From NCBI GenBank assembly GCA_965248445.1, contig CBDFJG010000002.1, forward strand, positions 512,001 through 576,000: a stretch of 64,000 bases of DNA, written 5' to 3'. This document shows, in pieces, positions 51,447 through 62,116 of the stretch. This DNA comes from Planctomycetota bacterium (GTDB lineage Bacteria; Planctomycetota; JAJSAM01; JAJVHW01). A program made the position numbers and the translations under genes. Under the pieces are notes generated by a model. The model ran no database searches. It saw nothing but the letters and a program-made list of their open reading frames with translations, and was not told where the DNA came from. The stretch's first letter is position 1. Each line of letters starts with the position of its first letter.

Positions 51447-52253
51447 GTGACCACTCGCCCTCTGACCAGCGACTTCGTGCGCCACCTCGACCGGGTTCGG
51501 TACTCGTATCGCATGCTGCGGCTGCGTCGTCTGGCGGCCGCGGGGCTCGAGCTCGAGGACGGGGCGTTCCGGATCCACGAGATCGGCGGGGCGGTCATGA
51601 CCGACTGGAAGCCGATGTCGCGGGTGTTCGGGTTCGACTTCGAGTCGCTCGCGCGCCTGGACGAGATCCTCGCGTGGTACGAGGAGGCGGGGCGCAGCCC
51701 GCACTTTGAGCTACTGCCGCTCGAGAACAACGATGCGCTCTTCGCGGAGATGGCCGCGCGGGGGTTCGGGCTGAAGTACATGATCAGCGTGCTGTGGCGT
51801 GAGCTGGACGCCGGGTTTCCCGACCCGGCGGACGCTTCTGTGCGTGTCTCCCCGGACGGTGAGATCCGGGACTGGGTCGACGTGTACATCGACGGGCACG
51901 ACTGGACGTGCACGGACGAGGAACGGCCGCGTTGGATCGCCGAACTGTCCGTCCAGTACGTCGCGCCGGGGATCACGCGTCACGTGGCCACCTTGGACGG
52001 GGAGATCGCAGCCATCGCGGCGAGCTACGCGCATGGCGACGGCCACGGGCACCTGACCAATTGCGCGACCCTCCCGCGCTTCCGCGGGCGGGGCCTGCAT
52101 GGGGCGCTGATCCGCCGCCGCCTCGCTGCTCTCGCAGCCTGCGGTGTGACCGTGGTCGCAGCCGACACGCGGCCCTACTCGATCAGCCAGCGCAACCTCG
52201 AGCGGGCCGGACTCGAGCTCGCGTACCAGAAGCTCCACTTCAAGCGAGCCTGA
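51447..52253 (+). CDS. GNAT family N-acetyltransferase
   Basis: ATLPRFRGRGLH..L..RL and SQRNLERAG motifs; start approximate. Confidence 0.85.
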   Translation: MTTRPLTSDFVRHLDRVRYSYRMLRLRRLAAAGLELEDGAFRIHEIGGAVMTDWKPMSRVFGFDFESLARLDEILAWYEEAGRSPHFELLPLENNDALFAEMAARGFGLKYMISVLWRELDAGFPDPADASVRVSPDGEIRDWVDVYIDGHDWTCTDEERPRWIAELSVQYVAPGITRHVATLDGEIAAIAASYAHGDGHGHLTNCATLPRFRGRGLHGALIRRRLAALAACGVTVVAADTRPYSISQRNLERAGLELAYQKLHFKRA

Positions 52254-52276
52254 GAGCCGAATTTCAGGCTCGGCTC
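52254..52276 (+). terminator. Hairpin after the GNAT stop
   Basis: GAGCCGA-9 nt-TCGGCTC; no U tract. Confidence 0.3.
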
Positions 52277-52374
52277 TATAGTCCGCCGGCCTCCCTCTCG
52301 ATGAGAGAACGGCGCCCTTACCCCCGGAGACGGACCCGGCGCTGCTGCTGTGCTTCGACATAGAGGAGAGAGCT

Positions 52375-53334
52375 GTGACAACGAGCTCAGAGAGTCCCCT
52401 TCGTAGGCCGTGTTCGGGTTCGTCCGATCGCGGCTCGTTTCGTTTCGTGACCGCCGTGGCGGCGGCCGCCCTGCTGGCCGCAGGATGCGCCTCCGGCGTC
52501 TCTACCCTGCCCGCCGGTACGTGCACCGCCGGCGCGGATGCGCAGGCCAACCCGCTGACGACTGTGCTCGCAGCGACGATGACCTGCGCGACCGGAGCGA
52601 CGGAGGGGCTGACCCCGCCGTCGTACCTGGACGAGAAGTCCGCGGCCCAGGCCGCGACCGTCTCGATACCGACGTACTCGTCCAGCACCGCGCGGCTCCC
52701 CGCGCCGCCGCACGTGACTCGTCCGGCCGCGCGCTCGTACGCGCAGCCCATCGCGCCGCCGGCCGCACCGCAGCCTTCGCTCGCCATCGTGACGCCTGCA
52801 CAGGCGCCCGTGGCCGCACCGATCACGCACGCGGCGTCGGTCACGACGGCCGCAGCGCCTCCGATGCCGGTCCGCGCCCCGGCGCCGCGCTCGAGCTGGC
52901 AGCGTCCGACGTCCACGCCGACCTCGTTCTCGACGGTGCCCCAGCACTTGCGGAGCATGAGCGCGCTCACCGAGCGCGAGGGCGAACTCTCGGATCGCTC
53001 GCTGTCGCTGACACTCGAGCGACAGGGCGTCCTGCGCGTCGAGAAGGCGTTGCAGCGTCACGCCGGTGAGAACTCGGACAAGAGCCGGGAGGAGCTGACG
53101 GACGTGCTCAGAGAGTACGCTTCCGTCGCGACCGTCTCTCATCTCACGCAGCACTCCACCGTAGCCGAGGCGCAGAGCGCGTCCGACGCCGTCCGCGGAC
53201 GGATCGACGAGGTCACGGGCGAGCGCAAGGCGGTGACCCGGTTGATGACCGCGGTCATGGTCCACGAGGCCGGTCCGACGGCAGAGACCGAGGCGGACGT
53301 CCTGAAGGCGATCGAGAAGTACGCCAAGCACTAG
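52375..53334 (+). CDS. Hypothetical lipoprotein with Pro/Ala/Thr-rich linker and helical C-terminus
   Basis: GAGGAG RBS; hydrophobic stretch ending LAAGC; its TAG stop abuts the IS1380 IR. Confidence 0.6.
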   Translation: MTTSSESPLRRPCSGSSDRGSFRFVTAVAAAALLAAGCASGVSTLPAGTCTAGADAQANPLTTVLAATMTCATGATEGLTPPSYLDEKSAAQAATVSIPTYSSSTARLPAPPHVTRPAARSYAQPIAPPAAPQPSLAIVTPAQAPVAAPITHAASVTTAAAPPMPVRAPAPRSSWQRPTSTPTSFSTVPQHLRSMSALTEREGELSDRSLSLTLERQGVLRVEKALQRHAGENSDKSREELTDVLREYASVATVSHLTQHSTVAEAQSASDAVRGRIDEVTGERKAVTRLMTAVMVHEAGPTAETEADVLKAIEKYAKH

Positions 53335-55030
53335 CCTGCATAATTCATCATGCCACGCCCGGAACGTAGATTCGGGCGCACCGCGCATTGCATAAACTGT
53401 TGTTAGAGCAATAGTTACACAGATGCGAGAGGTACGCCCGAGTGACGAATTCTACCCCACACACTGTCCGGTTTCCCGATCTCTTCGGGAAGGTCACCAC
53501 GGCCGTGTTCGACGGCGAAGCGCACACGTCCGAGGGAGGCGCGGGACTGCTGCGCGCGGTGGACCGTCGAATGGGAGTGACCGCAGGTCTGGCTGCGCTG
53601 TTGGTGGATCGTCGTGACCCGACGCGGGTGCAGCACTCGTTGGAGGAGCTCTTTCGGCAGCGCGTCTTCTCGATCGGCCTGGGCTACAGCGACCAGAACG
53701 ACGCGGCTCGCGTGGGCACCGACCCGATGCTCAAGGGGGTCACGGGCCGCGCGCCGATCAAGGGCGCCGACCTGGCGTCTCAGGCGACGCTGTCGCGCTT
53801 CGAGAACGCGGTCACGGCGCACGAGCTCGTGGCCTTGTCGCGCAAGCTCGAGGAGGACGTGATCGAGCGTCTTTGCGCTCGCCACCGGGGGGCCCGGCGC
53901 ATCACGATCGACATGGACCCGAGCTGTGACCCGACCCACGGTGCACAGCAGGGAGCGCTCTTCAACGGCTTCTACGACACGTGGTGCTACCTGCCGGTTT
54001 TCGGCTTCCTCACGGTCGACGGCGATCCGGAGCAGTACCTTTTCTGTGCGCGGCTGCGGCCGGGCAACGCGAAGGAGGGCCGCACGTCGCTGCGGACGAT
54101 CCGCCGGATGGTGAAGCGACTTCGGCGTGCGTTTCCGCGCACGCAGATCCTCGTGCGCCTGGACAGCGGCTTCGCCGGCTCGCGGCTCTTCGACGCGCTG
54201 GACGAACTCGGCGTGAAGTACGTGGTCGGGATGCCCAAGAACAAGCGGCTCCTGGATCTGTGCGACGCCGAGATGACAGCGGCTGCGGTGCTGGCGGCGA
54301 TGGAAGACAAGACGGCGCAGATCTACGGCGACTGCGAGTACCGGGCGAAGAGCTGGAGCAGGTCCCGCCGCGTGGTCTTCAAGGCGTAAGTGCTGGTCGC
54401 CACCGGGAAGGTGAACAAGGACAACGCGCGCTTCGTGGTCACCAACGTCTCGCGCAGCTACAAGCCCGAGACGACCTACTGCAAGACCTACTGCGGTCGC
54501 GGCGACGCCGAGAACCGCATCAAGGAACTCAAGGGTGGCCTGGCGGTGGATCGCACGAGCAACTCGAGCTTCCTGGCGAACCAGTTCCGCGTGCTGATGA
54601 CCGCGGCGGCCTACGTACTCTTCCAGGAGTTACGCTACCAGTTGCGCGGCACCACGGCCGCAGTCTGGCAGGTGCACACGATCCGCGAACGGCTGCTCAA
54701 GATCGGCGCCCGCGTCGTGGAATCGGTGCGCCGCGTCGTCGTGCATCTCGCGGCGGCCTGCCCATGGCGCGAGCTGTGGTGCCGCGTCGCGCGAAGGCTC
54801 GGCGCTGCGCCGGTCTGAGCGCAGCCGATGGCCAGAAGAACGACACGCTTCCGGCTACCGGTCCGTCCAGACCTCGTCCGCGCGGCGGCAAATGGACTTG
54901 AACGCCCCCTCGGAACGAAGATCCCGCCGTCCGAGACCCCGCCGACCTCGGTGAACGCCGCAAGTCGAGCGCCCGGGCGCTCGGACCGGCCGAGGGACGC
55001 CCTCGCGAGCGTCGTCATGAATAGTGCGGG
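53335..55030 (+). mobile_element. IS1380-family insertion sequence (second, divergent element)
   Basis: IRs CCTGCATAATTCAT and ATGAATAGTGCGGG; flanks CTAG / CTAA. Confidence 0.88.
53442..54818 (+). pseudogene. IS1380 transposase interrupted by in-frame TAA
   Basis: ORFs 53442..54389 and 54390..54818 share a frame; RRVVFKA-TAA-VL corresponds to RRVVAKAEH in the first element (probable GAA>TAA). Confidence 0.9.
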
Positions 55031-55033
55031 CTA

Positions 55034-56087
55034 ATGGTCCGTGGAGCTGGATCCGCTGTCTTTCTCTCGGACGAATCCGCTGTCGTGGCTACCGAGGGCC
55101 CCGATTCCATCGCGACAACTTCCGACGACTCTCTGTGTGTGCTTGCGTCGCTGGGCTCCGAAAACACCGTGGCGAATGTTCGCGTGGGTGGACTCTCGAG
55201 TGAGGCAGCCTCTCGACCAACGATACTCGGAGTCGACGCTGTAGCCCTGGCCTCAAGGCCTCAAGCGGGGCGAACAACGCGTTCAACGACGCGGACGACG
55301 AGATCGTAGTCGTGCGCGACGTTCCGGCCTCGCCCGCAGTGAGCAGAGTTGCCGTGCCCGGTCTGTCGAGTGGCATATCCAGCCACGTTGTTTCGATTTC
55401 ATCGACGGTAGTCGCTGTGTCCAGCGGCGGCGCGGCGGCGCAGACTCGACGATTGGCTCCGGATCCGACGATGTCGTGACCGTGATTCGCGGTCTGAATG
55501 GGGTCGCGTCCGCGAGGACGCTGGCGTCGTTCGGAGACTTCGCGGAGACGAGCACTCTTGGATTGGCGCCGACTCTGCTTGGCGCGAGTCGAGTGGTACT
55601 GCTCGCACCGGGACCCGACGGTCTACTCACTGTCGGTCGAGATGGTGGCTTGCAGGTTGTGCGCCATCAGGACTCAGACTCGCAGTTGAGAGTGCTCAAG
55701 GTCAAGGTGACGGATCCGAGAAAGCCCTTCAAGCCGGTGAAGGTGATCATGAAGGGTCAACTGCTCGTCGAACAGGTGCATTTGGGTCGGCACGATCTGA
55801 CAGTGTCGATTGGAAGCGCTGCTCAGACTATTCCCGGCGATCTGCTCGCCATGAACAGCAAGGGTGACATCACGTATCGGGATCGGAAGGGAGTGAACGG
55901 CTTCATCACATCGTTCAAGCTCAAAGCGAAGAGCGGGAAGATTTCTCTGAAGGGAAAGGGAGTTGATACGGGCCTGGAGTCGATCTGCCCGGACTACATT
56001 CCAGTTGCCTTCGAGAGCAGTGTCGTGTTCGTCAGCACCGGCGTCATCGGGGAGGCGAAGAAGAGAGTCGTCGTTTTCCGTCTCTAG
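55034..56087 (+). pseudogene. Probably 5'-truncated surface-protein gene with two frameshifts and a Lys-rich C-terminal domain
   Basis: Removing one copy each of GGCCTCAA (55249-55264) and GCGGCGGC (55424-55439) fuses ORFs 55034 and 55476 into one frame with repeated GxD....DD.(L/I/V).V units. Confidence 0.75.
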
Positions 56088-56173
56088 TAGCACTTCTTGC
56101 GGAGAGCTGCGCTTGGCTTGACAGAGTCGTTCCACTCTTCGCGAGCACTTGAGCGGCAGCTTCGCAGAGTCGC

Positions 56174-56205
56174 GGAACAGCCCGACCGCAGGTCGGGCAT
56201 GTTCC
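56174..56205. terminator. Strong hairpin between convergent genes
   Basis: GGAACA-GCCCGACC-gca-GGTCGGGC-a-TGTTCC just downstream of dcd. Confidence 0.5.
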
Positions 56206-56215
56206 CGAAGCCAAC

Positions 56216-57508
56216 TCAGTAGCGGCGGAACTGCTTTGCGAGCGTCACTCCCTGGCGGGCGTAGTTGCTGGCGAGGGCGGTGCCGTAGAGCTGGTCGGTG
56301 GGGTGGGTGAGGCGCTCGTAGACCATGCGGCCGATGCGCTGGCCGTGTTCGAGCAGGACCGGCGTGTCGTGGCTGCGGACTTCGAGGACCGCGCGGGTGC
56401 CGGGGGGGATGCCGGGGTCGGCGTCGGTGGCGGGCGTTCCGTTGGTGGGATCGGCGGGTGTCGCGGCGGTCGGTGGGGTGGACGGGTGGTCGCCGAAGCC
56501 GGGGTCGAAGAAGCCGGCGTAATGGACGCGGAACTCACCCATGGTGGTGTCGTACGCAACCATCTCGGCGCTGGTGGAGGCGGGCACGCGGACGCGCTCC
56601 TTCGTGGCCATGATGTAGAACTCGTCGGGGCGCAGGATGATGCCGTCGTCGAGTGGGCCGGGGATCGTCTCCCAGAACGTCTTGACCGGGTAGTGGCCGA
56701 TCTTGCGGAGGTCGATCGGCTCGCGGGCGTGGCGCTTGGCGCGGTACGCGACCGGGGCGCCGGGGGTGGTGCCGTGCAGATCGACGGAGAGCACGACGGA
56801 GGCGCCCTCGACCAGGTCCGTCGCGGGGGAATTGCCGTCGGTGTAGATGAGCGGGTCGATCTCGTTCATGCGCTCGTGGTACGTGCCGGCCGGGCGCGGG
56901 TGGCCGCGGCGGAAACGCACCTGGTTGAGCGCGTCGCCGCGGCGGACGATGACGCTGAACGTGCGCGGGCTGACCTCGACGTAGAGCGGGCCGTGGTAGC
57001 GCTCCGCGATCTTCTCGAACGATGACGAGTAGTCGGTGAGCAGGCGCGTGAAGACGTCGAGGCGGCCGGTCGTGCTCTTCGGTGTGGCGATGCCCGAGAA
57101 GTCGGAGGGGAGTCGCAGCGTCTCCTCGAGTGGGACGACGTACGTGCAACCGGCTTCGAGGCATGCGCCCTCGTCGCGGCCGAGGTCGAGAGTGTGCATC
57201 GTCAGGCGGTCGAGCTGCTCGCGCACCGTGCGGCGCTGGCCCGGCAGGAACGACGCGGGGACGCGGTACGCGAAACGGCCGACGCGCAGGTCGAGGCTTG
57301 CCGGCTGAATCTGCTTGTCGGTGATCGGGACGGCTGCCTCGATCACGCCCTCTTCGATGAACTGCGTCAGCAACTGCCGTGGGATGACGCCGGTCGTGTG
57401 TGTCCACTCCGGGATCAGACCCGGGAAGAGGGAGCTCTGCGTGCCGCGCGCGGATGGCGCTCCGGGAGCGTCCGTAGAGTCAGCGGCGGGAGTTTCAGTT
57501 GTGCTCAT
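56216..57508 (-). CDS. dcd: dCTP deaminase, long two-domain type
   Basis: IQPASLDLR, PKSTTGRLDVFTRL, EFRVHYAGFFDPGFG, AVLEVRSH motifs. Confidence 0.93.
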   Translation of the reverse strand: MSTTETPAADSTDAPGAPSARGTQSSLFPGLIPEWTHTTGVIPRQLLTQFIEEGVIEAAVPITDKQIQPASLDLRVGRFAYRVPASFLPGQRRTVREQLDRLTMHTLDLGRDEGACLEAGCTYVVPLEETLRLPSDFSGIATPKSTTGRLDVFTRLLTDYSSSFEKIAERYHGPLYVEVSPRTFSVIVRRGDALNQVRFRRGHPRPAGTYHERMNEIDPLIYTDGNSPATDLVEGASVVLSVDLHGTTPGAPVAYRAKRHAREPIDLRKIGHYPVKTFWETIPGPLDDGIILRPDEFYIMATKERVRVPASTSAEMVAYDTTMGEFRVHYAGFFDPGFGDHPSTPPTAATPADPTNGTPATDADPGIPPGTRAVLEVRSHDTPVLLEHGQRIGRMVYERLTHPTDQLYGTALASNYARQGVTLAKQFRRY

Positions 57509-57615
57509 CGGCGTGCAGACGCCGGATAGGGGGACGGCGTCCGTCCGTAGTGGGTTGCCCGGTCTGGGCATTAGAGATCTTGTCAGAGAGTCTGCGGGGT
57601 TCCGTGGCCGCTGGC

Positions 57616-60600
57616 CTACGAACACCCGGTGGTCTGGCCGCAACCGACGCACTTCAGGCAGGTGCCGTTGCGAACCAGCATGAACTGACCGCAGTCGCTG
57701 CAGGGGTCGCCCTCGAAGCCCTTCATGCGGGCCTGCTTGATGGCCTCGTGCAGGGAGAGTGTCCCGAAACGCGACACCGAGACGGTGGTCGTCTGGGCTT
57801 CGACGTGCAGCGCGGTGGTGCCACTTCCGGACGACGTGCCGGACGAGCTGCCGTTGCCGTTTCCGGATGCGCCGTTGCCATTTCCGGATTCACTCCCATT
57901 GCCGGACGGGTGGTAGCCGGTCGCCGCGCCGGCTGTGTGGGCCAGCGTCGGTGTGTCGGCCGCCGTGATGCCGCGGTGCAGCGCCTCGGGGGGCGCCTTG
58001 GTGGAAGTCGTCTCACGGGAGGCCGCGGGGACGTCGACGTCTCCGTCCGCGGCGGGGGGATCGAAGAGCGGCGTGTCGTCCGGAGTGGTCGGACCGACCG
58101 TGTCGCTGCGCAGGTCCTCGGGGATCACCTGGCCGAGCTCGCCCCGGTTCAGGTAGTTGATCGCGAGGTCGCGGAACACGTAGTCGATGATCGACGTGCA
58201 GAGCTTCACCTGCTCGTGGCCCTGCACGATGCCGTTCGGTTCGAAGCGCGTGAACACGAACGCGTCCACGAACTCGTCGAGTGGCACGCCGTGCTGCAGG
58301 CCGAGCGAGATCGCGATCGCGAAGCTGTTCATGAGGGAGCGGAACGCGGCGCCCTCCTTGGCCATATCGAGGAAGATCTCGCCGAGGTTGCCGTCCTTGT
58401 ACTCGCCGGTGCGCAGGTAGATCTTGTGACCGGCGATGACCGCCTTCTGGGTGTAGCCGCGGCGGCGGAACGGGAGCTTCTTGCGCTCCATGACCGGGAC
58501 GCGCTCGATGACGATCTTCTCGACGACGCGCTCGATGACCTGCTGCGTGACCTGCTCGGTCACGGCCATCACCTCGCCGTGGCGAGAGAGCGGTACCTCC
58601 TCGCTGTCGTCGTCTTCGTCCTCGTCGTCACTGACCGAGCTGAGCGGCTGGCTGAGCTTGCTGCCGTCGCGGTAGAGCGCGACCGCCTTCAGCATCAGCT
58701 CCCAACCCAGTCGGTAGGCGTGCTGGACCTCGTCGAGCGTGGCGTCGCTCGGCATATTGATGGTCTTGCTGATGGCGCCGGACAGGAACGGCTGCGCCGC
58801 AGCCATCATCTGGAGGTGCGCCTCGAACGGGATGTACCGCACGCCCTTGCGGCCGCAGCGGTTCGCGCAGTCGAAGACCGGCAGGTGCTCGTCGAGCAAG
58901 TGCGGCGCGCCCTCTACCGTCATCGTGCCGCAGACGTAGTCGTTGGCGGTCTCGATGTCGGTGCGGGAGAACCCGAGGTGGTTCAGCAGACTGAACGTCG
59001 CCGATCCGAGTTGCTCGTCGGTGACGTCCAGGACGTCGCGGCAGAAGTCCTCGCCGAGCGTGAACTTGTTGAACACGAAGTTGATGTCGAAGGCGCCTTC
59101 GAGCTGACCCTCGACCGCTTCGATCTGCGCGTCGCCGAAGCCGTGCGCGCGGAGCGCTGCGAGGTTGACGCCGGGGGCGCCTTCGAGCGTCTGGTGGCCG
59201 ACCACGTAGCGCTCGATGTCGAGCACCTCCTGGTCGTTGTAGCCGAGGTTGCGCAGTGCCTGCGGGATCGACTGGTTGATGATCTTGAAGTAGCCGCCGC
59301 CGGCGAGCTTCTTGTACTTGACGAGCGCGTAGTCCGGCTCGATGCCGGTCGTGTCGCAGTCCATGACCAGACCGATCGTGCCGGTCGGGGCGATGACGGT
59401 GACCTGCGCGTTCCTGTAGCCGTGCTTCTCACCGAGGGTCAAGGCGCGGTCCCACGCGCCGCGGGCGGCTTCGAGGATGCCGGCCGGGCAGAGCTGGTCG
59501 TCGATGCCGGTCGGCGTGACCGAGAGGTCCTCGTACTCGCTGCCCTTCGCGGCGTAGGCGGCGCGCCGGTGGTTCCGGATGACGCGCAGCATGTGGTCCT
59601 TGTTTTTCTCGTACCCGGGGAACGGGCCGAGCTCGGCGGACATCTCGGCGGAGGTCGCGTACGACTCGCCGCCCAGGATCGCGGTCAGCGCGCCGCAGAT
59701 CGCGTAGCCCTGGTCGCTCGCGTACGGGATGCCGAGCCGCATGAGCAGCGTGCCCATGTTGGCGTAGCCGAGTCCGAGCGTGCGGTAGACGTAGCTGAGG
59801 TGCGCGATCTCCCTGCTCGGGTACATCGCCATCATCACGCTGATCTCGAGGACGATCGTCCACAGGCGGATCGTGTGGCGGTACCCGGCGACGTCGAACG
59901 AGCCGTCGTCGGTCAGGAACTTGACCAGGTTGATCGACGCGAGGTTGCACGCCGTGTCGTCGAGGAACATGTACTCGGAGCACGGGTTGCTGGCGTTGAT
60001 CGGGCCGTCCGCGGGGCACGTGTGCCACTCGTTGATGGTCGTGTCGTACTGCAGGCCCGGGTCGGCGCAGGCCCACGCGCTGTAGGCGATCTTCTCCCAC
60101 AGCTCAGCGGCCGGCATCCGGCGGGCCTCCGCGCCGTCGGTGCGGCGGGTCGTGACCCAGTCGCCGTCTGCATCGAGGGCCTCGAAGAACGAGTTCGGGA
60201 TGCGGACCGAGTTGTTCGAGTTCTGGCCGGAGACGGTTGCGTACGCCTCACCGTTCCAGTCGGTGTCGTAGACCGAGAACGGGTACTCGGTCCAGCCCTG
60301 GGCGCCGAGCTGCAGCGCGCGCTGCACGTAGGGCTCGGGGACCTTGTCGCGGCGAGCCGCGCGGAGCGCCTTCTTGAGGGACTTGTTCTTCTTGGGATCG
60401 ATCTCGCGGGTGACGCCCTCCGTGGTCGTCACGTCCATCGTGTCCATGATCGCGTTGAGACGTTCCTTGCAGTGCTTCGCGCCGGCGACGAGGGCCGCGA
60501 CCTTCTCCTCCTCGTGCACCTTCCACGTGACGAACTGCTCGATGTCGGGGTGGTCGAGATCGAGGCAGACCATCTTGGCGGCGCGGCGGGTGGTGCCGCC

Positions 60601-61362
60601 GGACTTGATGGCGCCCGCGGCGCGGTCGCCGATTTTCAGGAACGACATCAGGCCGGAGCTCTTACCGCCACCGGACAGCGGCTCGTTCTCGCCGCGCAGG
60701 TTGCTGAAGTTGGTGCCGGTGCCGGAGCCGTACTTGAAGAGGCGCGCCTCGCGCGTCCAGAGGTCCATGATCCCGCCTTCTTTGACGAGGTCGTCGGACA
60801 CGGACTGGATGAAGCACGCGTGCGGCTGTGGGCGGCCGTATGCGGACTCCGACGGCTTCAGCTCACCGGTGGTCTCGTCCGTGTACCAGTGGCCCTGCGG
60901 GGGGCCCTCGATGCCGTAGGCGAAGTTGAGGCCGGTGTTGAACCACTGCGGCGAGTTGGGGGCGCAGATCTGGCTGGCGAGCATGAACGCCATCTCGTCC
61001 TCGAAGGACTGGGCGTCGTCCGCGCTGTCGAAGTAGCCGGCCTTCTCGCCCCAGTGGCGCCAGCAGCCGGCGAGGCGGTCGAAGACCTGCCGGCTGTCGC
61101 GCTCGGTACCGAGGACGGGGTTGCCGTCGTCGTCGGTGACGGGGTCGCCGTTCGCGTCCACCTGGGGGACGCCGGCCTTGCGGAAGTACTTCTGCGCGAT
61201 GATGTCGGTGGCCACCTGGGACCAGCCGTCGGGGATGTCGATGTCCTCGAGTTTGAAGACAGAGGAGCCGTCGGGATTTCGGATCTCCGACGTGCGCTTC
61301 ACGAAGCTCAACGTTGAATACGGGCTCTCTCCAGCCTTCGTGAAACGCCTCTTGATCTTCAA
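57616..61362 (-). CDS. nrdJ: Class II (adenosylcobalamin-dependent) ribonucleotide reductase with TSCPD-like domain and terminal Zn ribbon
   Basis: [47 protein letters not shown], terminal CxxC...CxxC; TTG start after GGAGG. Confidence 0.97.
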   Translation of the reverse strand: MKIKRRFTKAGESPYSTLSFVKRTSEIRNPDGSSVFKLEDIDIPDGWSQVATDIIAQKYFRKAGVPQVDANGDPVTDDDGNPVLGTERDSRQVFDRLAGCWRHWGEKAGYFDSADDAQSFEDEMAFMLASQICAPNSPQWFNTGLNFAYGIEGPPQGHWYTDETTGELKPSESAYGRPQPHACFIQSVSDDLVKEGGIMDLWTREARLFKYGSGTGTNFSNLRGENEPLSGGGKSSGLMSFLKIGDRAAGAIKSGGTTRRAAKMVCLDLDHPDIEQFVTWKVHEEEKVAALVAGAKHCKERLNAIMDTMDVTTTEGVTREIDPKKNKSLKKALRAARRDKVPEPYVQRALQLGAQGWTEYPFSVYDTDWNGEAYATVSGQNSNNSVRIPNSFFEALDADGDWVTTRRTDGAEARRMPAAELWEKIAYSAWACADPGLQYDTTINEWHTCPADGPINASNPCSEYMFLDDTACNLASINLVKFLTDDGSFDVAGYRHTIRLWTIVLEISVMMAMYPSREIAHLSYVYRTLGLGYANMGTLLMRLGIPYASDQGYAICGALTAILGGESYATSAEMSAELGPFPGYEKNKDHMLRVIRNHRRAAYAAKGSEYEDLSVTPTGIDDQLCPAGILEAARGAWDRALTLGEKHGYRNAQVTVIAPTGTIGLVMDCDTTGIEPDYALVKYKKLAGGGYFKIINQSIPQALRNLGYNDQEVLDIERYVVGHQTLEGAPGVNLAALRAHGFGDAQIEAVEGQLEGAFDINFVFNKFTLGEDFCRDVLDVTDEQLGSATFSLLNHLGFSRTDIETANDYVCGTMTVEGAPHLLDEHLPVFDCANRCGRKGVRYIPFEAHLQMMAAAQPFLSGAISKTINMPSDATLDEVQHAYRLGWELMLKAVALYRDGSKLSQPLSSVSDDEDEDDDSEEVPLSRHGEVMAVTEQVTQQVIERVVEKIVIERVPVMERKKLPFRRRGYTQKAVIAGHKIYLRTGEYKDGNLGEIFLDMAKEGAAFRSLMNSFAIAISLGLQHGVPLDEFVDAFVFTRFEPNGIVQGHEQVKLCTSIIDYVFRDLAINYLNRGELGQVIPEDLRSDTVGPTTPDDTPLFDPPAADGDVDVPAASRETTSTKAPPEALHRGITAADTPTLAHTAGAATGYHPSGNGSESGNGNGASGNGNGSSSGTSSGSGTTALHVEAQTTTVSVSRFGTLSLHEAIKQARMKGFEGDPCSDCGQFMLVRNGTCLKCVGCGQTTGCS

Positions 61363-61880
61363 CTTGCCCTCCTGGCCACGGACAGAGCCCCGTAAGAGAC
61401 TACGGGGCGCGGCTTGCTCGTTGCCGTGACCCGCGACCGTCCGCGCCGCGCTCTTTCCAGAAGCCCCGGTTTGGGGGATTCATGCGCTGTTGTGACCGGG
61501 GCGGGCTGCGCTCACGTCCGTCCCGTGGTCAGGCAGTCGCCTGACCGGGACTGCGGTCCCGTCTCCAACCCCGATGCGATTCCCTCGACCTGCCAACCGC
61601 GGAGGCCCCGCGCCGCCGCGCCAACTCGTCGTTTCGACCGTCTCTTGCCAACTCTCGCGGCCTGTCTGCGCCCCTCTCCGACGCGCGGCCGACTCCGATT
61701 CGGAGAGGGCGTACGGCGGGCCGTTCGTGCCGCACGTGAAGGCGGCGGTCATGGCATGCCGGATCGGGCGCCGAACGGGGCCGGGAGCGCACTCCCGAAC
61801 ACCCTCAGCAACGCCCGATTCCCCTCCGATTCTCGGCTCCCGAATAGCCCCGCGGAGCGAACCCCGCGATGACCCGAGAA

Positions 61881-61924
61881 CGCAAGATATAGTAGTGCCA
61901 CCCCGTTGGAGGCGCAAGATATAG
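61881..61924 (-). promoter_or_regulatory. Tandem NrdR boxes
   Basis: CGCAAGATATAG at 61881 and 61913 (32-bp period), resembling the NrdR-box consensus, upstream of nrdJ. Confidence 0.85.
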
Positions 61925-62116
61925 CCCTTCTGGGGGTCCGGAGGGGCTCACTGTCCTCTAGCGGGGGAGGGAGTGTACGAGGGGCCGGGGACGCCCGTTC
62001 GTCGCCCGCTCCCGGGGGGTGCTGCGTGGCGGGCGGCTGGTGCCCGGGGGGCCGCGATTCGCGGCTCCGGAGCGGCTGCCATCGCCCCCGTGACCGACAC
62101 CGAGAGCCCGTTCGGA

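Noticed and set aside
54387..54389. Programmed readthrough or stop-codon recoding in the IS1380 transposase
   Set aside because: TAA ends normal genes in this window; a single GAA>TAA change in the KAE motif is simpler.
57499..61317. Very long antisense ORFs (1272 aa here; also 12875..15379, 4097..5983, 27891..29786)
   Set aside because: Shadow frames of high-GC genes, fully overlapping well-supported CDSs, with no motifs.
57616..61362. Intein or intron in nrdJ
   Set aside because: Extra length is explained by low-complexity linkers and the TSCPD-like domain; no intein splice motifs or frame break seen.
61363..61880. Cobalamin riboswitch upstream of nrdJ
   Set aside because: Only an isolated AGGGAA; no recognisable B12 box or following conserved stems. 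Kept only as an unexplained structured leader.
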